Assembly (NCBI GenBank): GCA_034679465.1
Contig: JAXDAV010000010.1
Location: 1,963-65,962 of the forward strand
Direction of reading: 5' to 3'
Origin: Candidatus Aminicenantes bacterium
Lineage (GTDB): Bacteria > Acidobacteriota > Aminicenantia > Aminicenantales > Saccharicenantaceae
DNA length: 64,000 nt
Under the pieces are notes generated by a model, which worked only from the letters and a program-made list of their open reading frames with translations, was not told the DNA's origin and did not search any database. Made by a program: the position numbers and the translations under genes. Positions 52,137 to 61,155 of this stretch are shown in pieces (within the stretch, counting starts at the first letter, position 1; each line of letters opens with the position of its first letter).

Positions 52137-52541
52137 CTAATAAATGATTTCCGAAGATGGCATCTCGGAAACCTGCTCCAGTATGTAAACCGTCCGCGGC
52201 TGGGCCTGGGCGTTCCGGAATTCGGACGCGTAGTCCATGGCCTCGAAGACGGGGAGGATGCGGCCGCGAGAGGGACCGCCCGAAAGCCCGTCGGGGTCCG
52301 CCGTCAGGGCCTGGCGCTCGGCCGTGGTCAACACGGTTTCCTTTTCGGGCAGGCCCGGATGGAAGAGGAGGACCGCGGCGATCAGGACGGCCGCCGAGCC
52401 GGCGAACGCGTAGCGGACGCGCGCCCGCCGGGCCAGGACCCGCTCCAGCCGGGCCGCCGGGAGCCGGCCCAGCACGACGGCTTCGAAATCCTCGGGGGCC
52501 TTGACCGTGCTCAATCCGCCGACGAGATCATGCCCTTCCAT
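52137..52541 (-). CDS. putative single-pass anti-sigma factor
   Basis: 134 aa. It overlaps the 3' end of the ECF sigma gene by 14 nt. It has a central TM (YAFAGSAAVLIAAVLLF). No zf-HC2 motif is present, so the call rests on position. Confidence 0.45.
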   Translation of the reverse strand: MEGHDLVGGLSTVKAPEDFEAVVLGRLPAARLERVLARRARVRYAFAGSAAVLIAAVLLFHPGLPEKETVLTTAERQALTADPDGLSGGPSRGRILPVFEAMDYASEFRNAQAQPRTVYILEQVSEMPSSEIIY

Positions 52542-53112
52542 GTTGATTCACCTCTTTGTCGGCCGGGAAGGATCCGCCCTCCCGGGCCTTTTCGAGCTTG
52601 CGCCGGAGCTGTTCCCGGCCCCGGCTGATCCGGGCCTTGACCGTGCCCACCGGCCTCTGGATGATCTCGGCGATCTCCTCCTGGGAGAAGCCTTCCATGT
52701 CCTTGAGGACGACCGGGACGCGGTAGCGGGGGTGGAGGCTGTCCAGGGCCTCGCGGAGATTGCGGACGAGGCCGGGGTCGGCCGGGTCCTCGTAGTAGGC
52801 GCCGCTCGAATAGCTGTTGGGGATGTCCTCCAGGGAGACCGTGGCCATCCGGCGGGACCGCCGGCACTCGGTCTTGGCCAGATTGGACGCGATCGTGTAG
52901 ATCCAGGCGGACAGGGGGGCGATGGGCTTGTACTTCTTGGCCTTGAAGAAGACCCGGAGGAACGTCTCCTGGCCGAGCTCCACGGCCTTCTGATAATCGC
53001 CCGTGAACTGATAGAGATAATTCACGATCCTGTCCTTATAAAGAGCCATGATCTGGCCGAACGCCCGCTCGTCTCCCTCCTGGACGCGCCGGATCAGCTC
53101 TTGTTCGTCCAT
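52528..53112 (-). CDS. ECF-type RNA polymerase sigma-70 factor
   Basis: 194 aa. Region 2 (FGQIMALYKDRIVNYLYQFTGDYQKAVELGQETFLRVF) and region 4 (EGFSQEEIAEIIQRPVGTVKARISRGREQL). Confidence 0.9.
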   Translation of the reverse strand: MDEQELIRRVQEGDERAFGQIMALYKDRIVNYLYQFTGDYQKAVELGQETFLRVFFKAKKYKPIAPLSAWIYTIASNLAKTECRRSRRMATVSLEDIPNSYSSGAYYEDPADPGLVRNLREALDSLHPRYRVPVVLKDMEGFSQEEIAEIIQRPVGTVKARISRGREQLRRKLEKAREGGSFPADKEVNQHGRA

Positions 53113-53179
53113 TCTCTGTCTTTAACTCCGGGGCGATTGATCCTGTTTCATTTTCGCCCATCTATTATATCAGGGAAAA

Positions 53180-53302
53180 AGAAGGGACCGGGTCTTCGCA
53201 AGGGTCGGGACATGGACCGTTTCGGCACGTGTCCCGGTTGTGCAAAAAGTGAACCAATACAAAAAATGGGACATGTCCCCTTGCGAAGACCCGGACCCTT
53301 CT
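53180..53302. repeat. repeat family B copy 2: 25-bp inverted repeats (1 mismatch) around a ~73-bp core
   Basis: AGAAGGGACCGGGTCTTCGCAAGGG (53180-53204) versus CCCTTGCGAAGACCCGGACCCTTCT (53278-53302). The core differs from B1 and contains GGGACATG twice. It lies between divergent ECF sigma genes. Confidence 0.75.
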
Positions 53303-53379
53303 CTTTTGGCCGGATTTGACGGAAAATGGCCCGGAATGGAACTTCGACCCATCCGAATCCGTCAACCGGGATGAATTGA

Positions 53380-53934
53380 GTGGATTTGGACGCGATCATC
53401 AGGGACTGCCTGGGAGGCAGCCAGAGCGCCTGGAAAACCCTTGTGGACGCGTACGCCAGGAGAATCTTTAATATGGCCTATCAGTTCTGCGGCAGCCGGG
53501 AGGAGGCGGAGGACCGGACCCAGGAGGTCTTCCTCAAGCTCCACGGCGCCCTGCCGAAGTACGATTTCGGCAAGAGCTTCACGGCCTGGTTCCTGACCCT
53601 GGCCAAGAACCATCTCATCGACGAGTACCGCCGGACCAAGTGGGAGAGGACCCAGCGCGACGATTTCGACGAGCGCGTCCTGTCCCAGTCGGCCGGCGGC
53701 GGCCCGGAGGACAGCACCATCAGCCGGGAAACCCGGGCCTTCGTCTGGGAAGGGCTCAACCGCCTGCCAGCGGAGATGCGGATGATCCTCATCCTGAGGG
53801 ACATTCAGGGCCGGAGCTACGAAGAAATCGCCGGCTCCCAGGGCCTGCCCCTGGGCACGGTCAAGTCGCGCGTCAACCGGGCGCGGATCCAGCTGGCCAA
53901 GGTCCTGAAGGAGCGACGGGGAGGCCACGGATGA
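53380..53934 (+). CDS. ECF-type RNA polymerase sigma-70 factor
   Basis: 184 aa with a GTG start. Region 2 (FNMAYQFCGSREEAEDRTQEVFLKLH) and region 4 (GRSYEEIAGSQGLPLGTVKSRVNRARIQL). Confidence 0.9.
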   Translation: MDLDAIIRDCLGGSQSAWKTLVDAYARRIFNMAYQFCGSREEAEDRTQEVFLKLHGALPKYDFGKSFTAWFLTLAKNHLIDEYRRTKWERTQRDDFDERVLSQSAGGGPEDSTISRETRAFVWEGLNRLPAEMRMILILRDIQGRSYEEIAGSQGLPLGTVKSRVNRARIQLAKVLKERRGGHG

Positions 53935-54446
53935 CCTGCGCACGCGTCGAAGGGCTCCTGTCCGCCTATCTCGAAGGGGCGCTCGCTCCGGGAGAGCGGG
54001 CCGAAGTGGAGGCCCACCTCGCCGCCTGCCCCGATTGCGCCGAGCTGGCCGGCCTGATCCGGGAGACGATGGCGGCCGCGGCCGGCTTCCCGGAGGTCGA
54101 GCCCTCGCCGGCGCTCCTGGCCCGGCTCTACGAGGTCCCCGGCGCGAAGCGGGAGAGGAAGCGCCTCGGCCGCCCGGTCTTCGAGTGGCTGACCCGGCCC
54201 GCGCTTCAGCCCGTCTATGCCGCGCTCACCGGCGTCTTCATCGTCCTGTCCTTCGTCCTCTTCCACCCGGAGGGACGGGGGATCCGGAAGAGAATCGACA
54301 TCGGGCTCCACCGCGGCGCGGCCGCCGTCGAGCGTCTCTGGGCCGGCGCCGGGACGATCAAGGGCGAGGTCGGCGCGTTCGCCGGCAACGTGATCAAGTC
54401 GTTCGACGCCCTGGGCCTGCTCAGGGACAGCGAGACCAATCCCTAG
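53931..54446 (+). CDS. zf-HC2 anti-sigma factor
   Basis: ATG 53931 overlaps the sigma stop (ATGA). MTCARVEGLLSAYLEGAL..AEVEAHLAACPDCAE (HxxxCxxC). One TM helix. Confidence 0.8.
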   Translation: MTCARVEGLLSAYLEGALAPGERAEVEAHLAACPDCAELAGLIRETMAAAAGFPEVEPSPALLARLYEVPGAKRERKRLGRPVFEWLTRPALQPVYAALTGVFIVLSFVLFHPEGRGIRKRIDIGLHRGAAAVERLWAGAGTIKGEVGAFAGNVIKSFDALGLLRDSETNP

Positions 54447-54468
54447 GTCCGACAACGGAGGAAACCAG

Positions 54469-54966
54469 ATGGAAGAAAAGACCGTCATCCCGCAGAGGCC
54501 GCTCAAGTCGCCGGGGTTCGCCGGCTTCCTGGGCATCTTCCCGTTCGGCGCCGGCGCGCTCTACAACGGGCAGTACACGAAGGCCCTGCTCCACTTCGTC
54601 ATCTTCGCCGGGCTCGTCAGCATGCAGGGCCGCGGCGGGGGGCAGCCGTTCATCGCCCTGCTCCTGGCCGGCTTCATCGTCTATCAGTTCTTCGACAACA
54701 TCGCCTCGGCCAAGGCGATCAACGCCGCCGCCGTCGGCGAGGCCCCGGCCGTGGCCGTCGTCGCGGCGCGGCCCGAGGCCGTGTCGTCCGGGTCGATCTT
54801 CTGGGGCATCGTCCTCATCGTCCTGGGCGTCCTGCTCATCCTGGCCAATTTCGAGGTCATTTCGTACGACAGGCTCTTCGACTTCTGGCCGGTCGCGGTC
54901 ATCCTCATCGGCTTCAAGCTCGTGCTCGATTCCGTGGCCGCCGGCAAGCCGAAGAAGACCGCCTAA
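54469..54966 (+). CDS. membrane protein with LiaI/LiaF-like (DUF5668-type) TM hairpin
   Basis: 165 aa. The C-terminal FWGIVLIVLGVLLILANF...FWPVAVILIGFKLV is paralogous to the next ORF. Confidence 0.6.
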   Translation: MEEKTVIPQRPLKSPGFAGFLGIFPFGAGALYNGQYTKALLHFVIFAGLVSMQGRGGGQPFIALLLAGFIVYQFFDNIASAKAINAAAVGEAPAVAVVAARPEAVSSGSIFWGIVLIVLGVLLILANFEVISYDRLFDFWPVAVILIGFKLVLDSVAAGKPKKTA

Positions 54967-54978
54967 CGGAGGTTCCCG

Positions 54979-55200
54979 ATGGCAAGCAAGACGCGAAGCG
55001 ATTCCCTCGTTTGGGGCGTCATCCTCATCGTCGTCGGCGTCCTGTTCCTGCTCCAGCAGCTCGACGTCGACGTCTTCGACCAGGTCTGGCGCTTCTGGCC
55101 CGTCATCCTGATCGTCTGGGGCGCCAACAAGCTCTGGCTCGGGCTGAAGGAGCGCGGCGAGCGCCAGGCGCCGGGCCCGGACAAGGGCCATGAGATTTAG
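54979..55200 (+). CDS. small LiaI/LiaF-like (DUF5668-type) membrane protein
   Basis: 73 aa. GGAGG precedes the ATG. VWGVILIVVGVLFLLQQL...FWPVILIVWGANKL. Confidence 0.6.
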   Translation: MASKTRSDSLVWGVILIVVGVLFLLQQLDVDVFDQVWRFWPVILIVWGANKLWLGLKERGERQAPGPDKGHEI

Positions 55201-56515
55201 GGACGTTGTCCTCGTCGTCGTCCTGATCCTGGCCGGGTTCGTCTTCTTCCAGTTCAAGACGGGCCAGTGGCGGTTCGACGGCGACTGGGCCTGGTTCGAC
55301 GACTGGAACTGGGGCTTTGACGGCCGCGAAGTGATCGCCGAGGACACGCGGACGTTCGAGGCCCCGCTGCCGCCGGCGATCGAGATCGCCAACGGCCACG
55401 GCCGGGTCGAGGTGCGGGGCGGGGACCAGGACTTCGCCCAGATGACGTTCAGAAAGGTCGTCTGGCGGAGGGACCCCGAGGAGGCCAAGTCCGTCGCCGC
55501 CCAGGTCAAGTACACGGCGACCGCGACGGCGGACACGCTGACCCTCTCCACCAACCGGGAGGAGTTCAGGCGGAAGAGCTTCGAGACGGCCTTCATCCTG
55601 ACCGTTCCCCGGTCGATGGTCGTCCGCGTCAGCAACGGGTACGGCCCCGTCCAGATCGAGCGGGTCAAGGAAGCCGCGGTGCGCAACCGTCACGGCCAGG
55701 TCCACGTCGCCGGCATCGACGGCCCTTGCGTGCTGGAGACGAGCCACGAGGACGTCGAGGCCCGGGAGATCATGGGATCCTGCCGGATCGTCAACAGCCA
55801 CGCCGACGTCCGGGCGTTCCTCGTCGGGGGCGACCTGTCCGTCGAGACGAGCTACGGCCGCGTCCGGGTCGAGGACGCCGGCGGCCGGGCCGACCTGCGC
55901 GCCAGGAACTCGGACGTCGAGGCCCGGCGCGTCACCGGGGCGGTCACGGTCGAGACGTCCTACGAAAAGGTCCTGCTCGACGACGTCGGGCCGGCCAAGG
56001 TGACCGGCCACAACATGGCGGTGGCCGCCCAGAACGTGCGGGGCGGCCTGGAGGTCCGGACGAGCCACCAGCCCGTCCGCGCGGCCGGCGTCCGCGGCGA
56101 TCTTCTCATCGACGCCCGCAATGCGGCGGTCACGGCGAGGGACATCGACGGGCCGGCGATCTCGGTCGAGACCTCGTACGAGAACGTCGTCCTCGACGAT
56201 TTCTCCGGGGACGTCAGCGTCGTCTGCCGCAACGGCGACGTCCATCTCGGGCCGCGCGACCTCAGGGGCGGCATGAACGTCCGCGGCGAGCACGGCCGCA
56301 TCGTCCTCCTCTGGCCGTCCGGCGGGACGGCCCGGCTCGAGGCCCGCTCCAGGGGCGGGTCCATCATCTGGGGCCTGGCGGGCGATCCCGACGTCAACGA
56401 AACCAACGGCGTCGCGGTGCTCAAGGCCTTTGCGGCGAGTACGGCGGCCCCCCTGATCTATCTCTCGACGAGCTACGACGACATCCGCATCGACGAGGCG
56501 GGCCGACGCTTCTGA
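55190..56515 (+). CDS. DUF4097-like beta-strand-repeat (putative adhesin / LiaG-like) protein
   Basis: 441 aa. N-terminal TM. Many repeats of the pattern x-G-x-V-x-V..(S/T)-x-x-G-x-(V/I) (e.g. NGHGRVEVRG, NRHGQVHVAG, TSYGRVRVED, TSYEKVLLDD, TSYENVVLDD). Confidence 0.65.
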   Translation: MRFRDVVLVVVLILAGFVFFQFKTGQWRFDGDWAWFDDWNWGFDGREVIAEDTRTFEAPLPPAIEIANGHGRVEVRGGDQDFAQMTFRKVVWRRDPEEAKSVAAQVKYTATATADTLTLSTNREEFRRKSFETAFILTVPRSMVVRVSNGYGPVQIERVKEAAVRNRHGQVHVAGIDGPCVLETSHEDVEAREIMGSCRIVNSHADVRAFLVGGDLSVETSYGRVRVEDAGGRADLRARNSDVEARRVTGAVTVETSYEKVLLDDVGPAKVTGHNMAVAAQNVRGGLEVRTSHQPVRAAGVRGDLLIDARNAAVTARDIDGPAISVETSYENVVLDDFSGDVSVVCRNGDVHLGPRDLRGGMNVRGEHGRIVLLWPSGGTARLEARSRGGSIIWGLAGDPDVNETNGVAVLKAFAASTAAPLIYLSTSYDDIRIDEAGRRF

Positions 56516-56517
56516 TC

Positions 56518-57417
56518 TCAGCCGTGCTTGGTCTTGCAGGCCTGGATGCGCTGGGCGATGACCCCGTTGACCTTGATGTTGAAGTACGAGATCAGGTTGG
56601 TCACGTCCTTCTTGAACTTGGTGACGTAGCGGACGAAGTCGGAGCGCTCCTTGTAGCGCAGGAGCGTTTCGAACTCGGCGACCGTGTCGTGGAGCTCGAT
56701 GACGAAATGGTTGATCGTCCGGTACTGGGCGTTGATCTCGATGAGGTCGTGGCCGGAGAGCTTGGCGAAATCGAGGTGCGGCGGCAGGCTCTGGAGGACG
56801 AGCAGGCTCTCGTTGTGGAGCTCGTTGACCGAGTCGGCGATCTCCTGGAAATAGGAGCCGAAGTCCTGGGCCTTCCTCAGCTTGGCCCCGGCCCGCTCGG
56901 ACAGGCGCGCGAACTGGGCCTTGAGCGAGACGACCGTGTCCTTGAGCCCGAAGTACTTGCGGACGGGGCTGTAGAGGTCCAGGAAATCGCGGCCGATGTA
57001 GATCTTGTCCTCGTAGCGCGACAGGAGCTCCTTGGGCTCGTGGGTGTAGAACTTGATCTCGAAGCGCCGGCCTTCGGAGTCCCGCTCCCGGAGGCGGGCC
57101 AGGACCAACCCGCCGTTCTGCTCAATGAAGTAGCTGCTGATGTCGACGAGCACGGAGTACTCGGCCAGGTTCTGGACGATGGCCTCCCGGAGGTAGTCGA
57201 GCAGGCGCTCGTTGCGGGTGATGAACTCGGAGATGGCCGCGTCCGGCGTCGGGTTGAGGACCGAATAGCTCGGCGAGAGAAGGTAGAGGACCGGGCCCTG
57301 GCCGAGCTCGAGGTGAAGGTTCTTGAGGACGCCCTGGTAGAGGTCGTCGAGAAGGATGGACTTGAGCGGCGGCAGGCCGGCCGGGTCCAGCTTGGAGAGC
57401 TCTTCCACTTCGTTCAT
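56518..57417 (-). CDS. hypothetical cytoplasmic protein, no recognisable motif
   Basis: 299 aa. Clean ORF with coding-like composition, richer in Leu/Lys/Glu/Tyr/Phe/Asn than its neighbours. No TM segment or signal peptide. Confidence 0.55.
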   Translation of the reverse strand: MNEVEELSKLDPAGLPPLKSILLDDLYQGVLKNLHLELGQGPVLYLLSPSYSVLNPTPDAAISEFITRNERLLDYLREAIVQNLAEYSVLVDISSYFIEQNGGLVLARLRERDSEGRRFEIKFYTHEPKELLSRYEDKIYIGRDFLDLYSPVRKYFGLKDTVVSLKAQFARLSERAGAKLRKAQDFGSYFQEIADSVNELHNESLLVLQSLPPHLDFAKLSGHDLIEINAQYRTINHFVIELHDTVAEFETLLRYKERSDFVRYVTKFKKDVTNLISYFNIKVNGVIAQRIQACKTKHG

Positions 57418-57465
57418 GGCGGCGACCTCTTTTCGAGCCGAGTGTAGACCCGGCCCGGGGAAAAG

Positions 57466-58269
57466 TCAACGGGCCGCGGCGGGGCGGCGGCGGAAGGTCC
57501 ACTCGTCGGAGGCGTACTTGGAGGCCTGGAGGAGCCGGACGGCCTCGAGGTCGGCCGGGCCCAGGACGAAGCGCTCGAAGCCGGTCCCGAAGAAGTCGGC
57601 GAAGCCCTGGACGAGCGGGCCGACGGCGGCGTCGAAATCGACGGGCCGGCCGAGGGCCTCGGAGAGCGAGGTCATCCCCAGGCTCTCGGCCGATTCGCCC
57701 GGCCGGGAGACGGCGGCGAGGAGGGGCTCGTCCTTCTCGAGCGGGATCGAGCCGTGCTGGAGGAAGAGCGGTCCGGTCCGCTTCTGGGCGCTGCCGACGA
57801 TCTTCCGGCCGCCGATCTCGATCTCGTCGCGGGCCGGGAAGGCGAAGCAGGGCATGGTCCCCCTGACGTAGGCCGGCGGCGAGGTCTCGGCCAGGCGGGC
57901 CGAGAGGCCCAGCCGTTCGAGGCCCGCGAGCAGGGCCCGCGAGATGAGGCGATAGGAATCGCGCAGGGTCTCGGTGAAAACCGAGGCGTCGGCCGAGGCC
58001 ACCGAGTAGGTCACCTCGCGGTCGTGCAGGACGAGCTTGCCGCCGGTCACGCGCCGGACGATGTCGATGCCGCGGGCCCGGCAGAAATCGACGTCGATGA
58101 CGCGGGAGGCCTCCTGGGAGTAGCCCAGGGACGCGGTCGGGCGCTCCCAGCGGTAGAAGCGGAGGAAGGTCCGGGAGGAGCCCGCCGCGAGGTCGAACAG
58201 GCGCTCGTCGACGGCCATGTTCCAGGCGCCGGGAAGCGGCTCCGGCTCGACGACCAGCTGCCAGCTCAT
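57466..58269 (-). CDS. lipoate-protein ligase / octanoyltransferase family (BPL_LplA_LipB) protein
   Basis: 267 aa. WNMAVDE, FLRFYRWERPTASLGYSQ, RRVTGGKLVLHD and GRKIVGSAQKR (catalytic Lys context). Confidence 0.8.
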   Translation of the reverse strand: MSWQLVVEPEPLPGAWNMAVDERLFDLAAGSSRTFLRFYRWERPTASLGYSQEASRVIDVDFCRARGIDIVRRVTGGKLVLHDREVTYSVASADASVFTETLRDSYRLISRALLAGLERLGLSARLAETSPPAYVRGTMPCFAFPARDEIEIGGRKIVGSAQKRTGPLFLQHGSIPLEKDEPLLAAVSRPGESAESLGMTSLSEALGRPVDFDAAVGPLVQGFADFFGTGFERFVLGPADLEAVRLLQASKYASDEWTFRRRPAAAR

Positions 58270-58294
58270 GGGGACCCTGACCTCGAGAAAAAAA

Positions 58295-58369
58295 TGGAGC
58301 GGGCAATGGGACTCGAACCCACAACACCCGGCTTGGGAAGCCGGTACTCTACCATTGAGCTATGCCCGC
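58295..58369 (-). tRNA. tRNA-Gly (anticodon CCC), CCA encoded
   Basis: Reverse complement GCGGGCATAGCTCAATGGTAGAGTACCGGCTTCCCAAGCCGGGTGTTGTGGGTTCGAGTCCCATTGCCCGCTCCA. Anticodon loop TTCCCAA. Nearly collinear with E. coli tRNA-Gly(CCC). Confidence 0.95.
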
Positions 58370-58383
58370 TCACAGGCCTTTGG

Positions 58384-58411
58384 ATTCTAACACAATCCCA
58401 GGACAGGTCAA
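58384..58411 (-). promoter_or_regulatory. extended -10 promoter of tRNA-Gly
   Basis: On the minus strand: TTGACC (58406-58411), 16-nt spacer ending in TGT, then TAGAAT (58384-58389), 14 nt before the tRNA 5' end. Confidence 0.5.
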
Positions 58412-58489
58412 GACGCGCGGGGCCGAACCCGGGCTTTTCAGCTTTCCGGGACGCGGGCGGCCAACCTGGATGGTTCACGGACCGGACGC

Positions 58490-58503
58490 TTTTATGAATA
58501 GCC
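58490..58503. repeat. 14-nt fragment of the repeat-A1 core (inverted)
   Basis: TTTTATGAATAGCC is the reverse complement of GGCTATTCATAAAA at 36312-36325. Flanking bases are also partly similar. Confidence 0.45.
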
Positions 58504-58542
58504 AGGCCAAAGGGGCGTGCCCAACTCAGAGAGCGTCAGGGA

Positions 58543-58569
58543 GCCGTCTGGGGCCTGCGGCCGTCTGGG
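58543..58569. repeat. direct repeat GCCGTCTGGG x2, spaced 17 bp start to start
   Basis: 58543-58552 and 58560-58569, just upstream of the bactofilin -35 box. The core GCCGTCTG is shared with the tandem repeat at 31564-31586. Confidence 0.5.
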
Positions 58570-58575
58570 TGCGCG

Positions 58576-58604
58576 TTGACAGGTCGCGCCCCCGCCCCTA
58601 TAAT
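58576..58604 (+). promoter_or_regulatory. sigma70-like promoter of the bactofilin gene
   Basis: TTGACA (58576-58581), 17-nt spacer, TATAAT (58599-58604). Confidence 0.5.
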
Positions 58605-58638
58605 CCGTATGGAACGCCCCGATTAGGGAGAAACGCCG

Positions 58639-59025
58639 ATGTCAGACGACCAGTCCACCTACCCCGACAGGCCTCTGGGCCCGGGTGTCACCCGGCTGGG
58701 AGCGACGACGGTCCTCACGGGCGATATCGAGGCTCACGAGGACATGCTCATCGAGGGGCGTGTCCATGGGAAGATCATTGTCCCGTCCGGGACGCTGACC
58801 ATCGCCAAGGGGGCCAAGGTCGAAGCCGAGGTCAAGACCCGGGCCTTCGTCCTCCACGGCGAGCTCAAAGGCACGGTCAGGGCCGGCGAGCGGGCCGTCA
58901 TCTCCGAGACGGCCGAGATGAACGGCGATGTGGTCACGCCCAAGATCACCATCGCCAGCGGCGCCCGCTTCTCCGGCGGCATCCGGATGAAAGAAAAAGA
59001 CGGGGTCAAACCTATACCTTTTTAA
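58639..59025 (+). CDS. bactofilin-family cytoskeletal protein
   Basis: 128 aa. Beta-helical repeat pattern (LTGDIEAHEDMLIEGRVHGKIIVPSGTLTIAKGAKVEAEVKTRAFVLHGELKGTVRAGERAVI..). The final GVKPIPF* is encoded by repeat A2. Confidence 0.8.
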   Translation: MSDDQSTYPDRPLGPGVTRLGATTVLTGDIEAHEDMLIEGRVHGKIIVPSGTLTIAKGAKVEAEVKTRAFVLHGELKGTVRAGERAVISETAEMNGDVVTPKITIASGARFSGGIRMKEKDGVKPIPF

Positions 59026-59090
59026 TTTCGGCCCGCGAGCGCCTCCGGTGCGGCGTAAAAACTAAAAATGTATAGGTTTGACCCCGTCTT
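58997..59090. repeat. repeat family A copy 2 (MITE-like), 94 bp; 28-bp terminal inverted repeats with 1 mismatch
   Basis: AAGACGGGGTCAAACCTATAC (58997-59017) is the exact reverse complement of 59070-59090. The match continues through TTTTTA after one mismatch. The termini match A1. Confidence 0.8.
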
Positions 59091-59099
59091 GAGATCAAG

Positions 59100-61103
<2,004 letters not shown>

Positions 61104-61155
61104 CGCCCCCCCGGGTCCTTGAAACCCCGGCCGGGATGGCGGACAATAGCCTCCC

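Noticed and set aside
49641-58369. Integrated prophage or genomic island at tRNA-Leu or tRNA-Gly
   Set aside because: No integrase, phage or conjugation genes, and no duplicated tRNA 3' end, are visible near either tRNA. Only short repeat remnants lie near tRNA-Gly.
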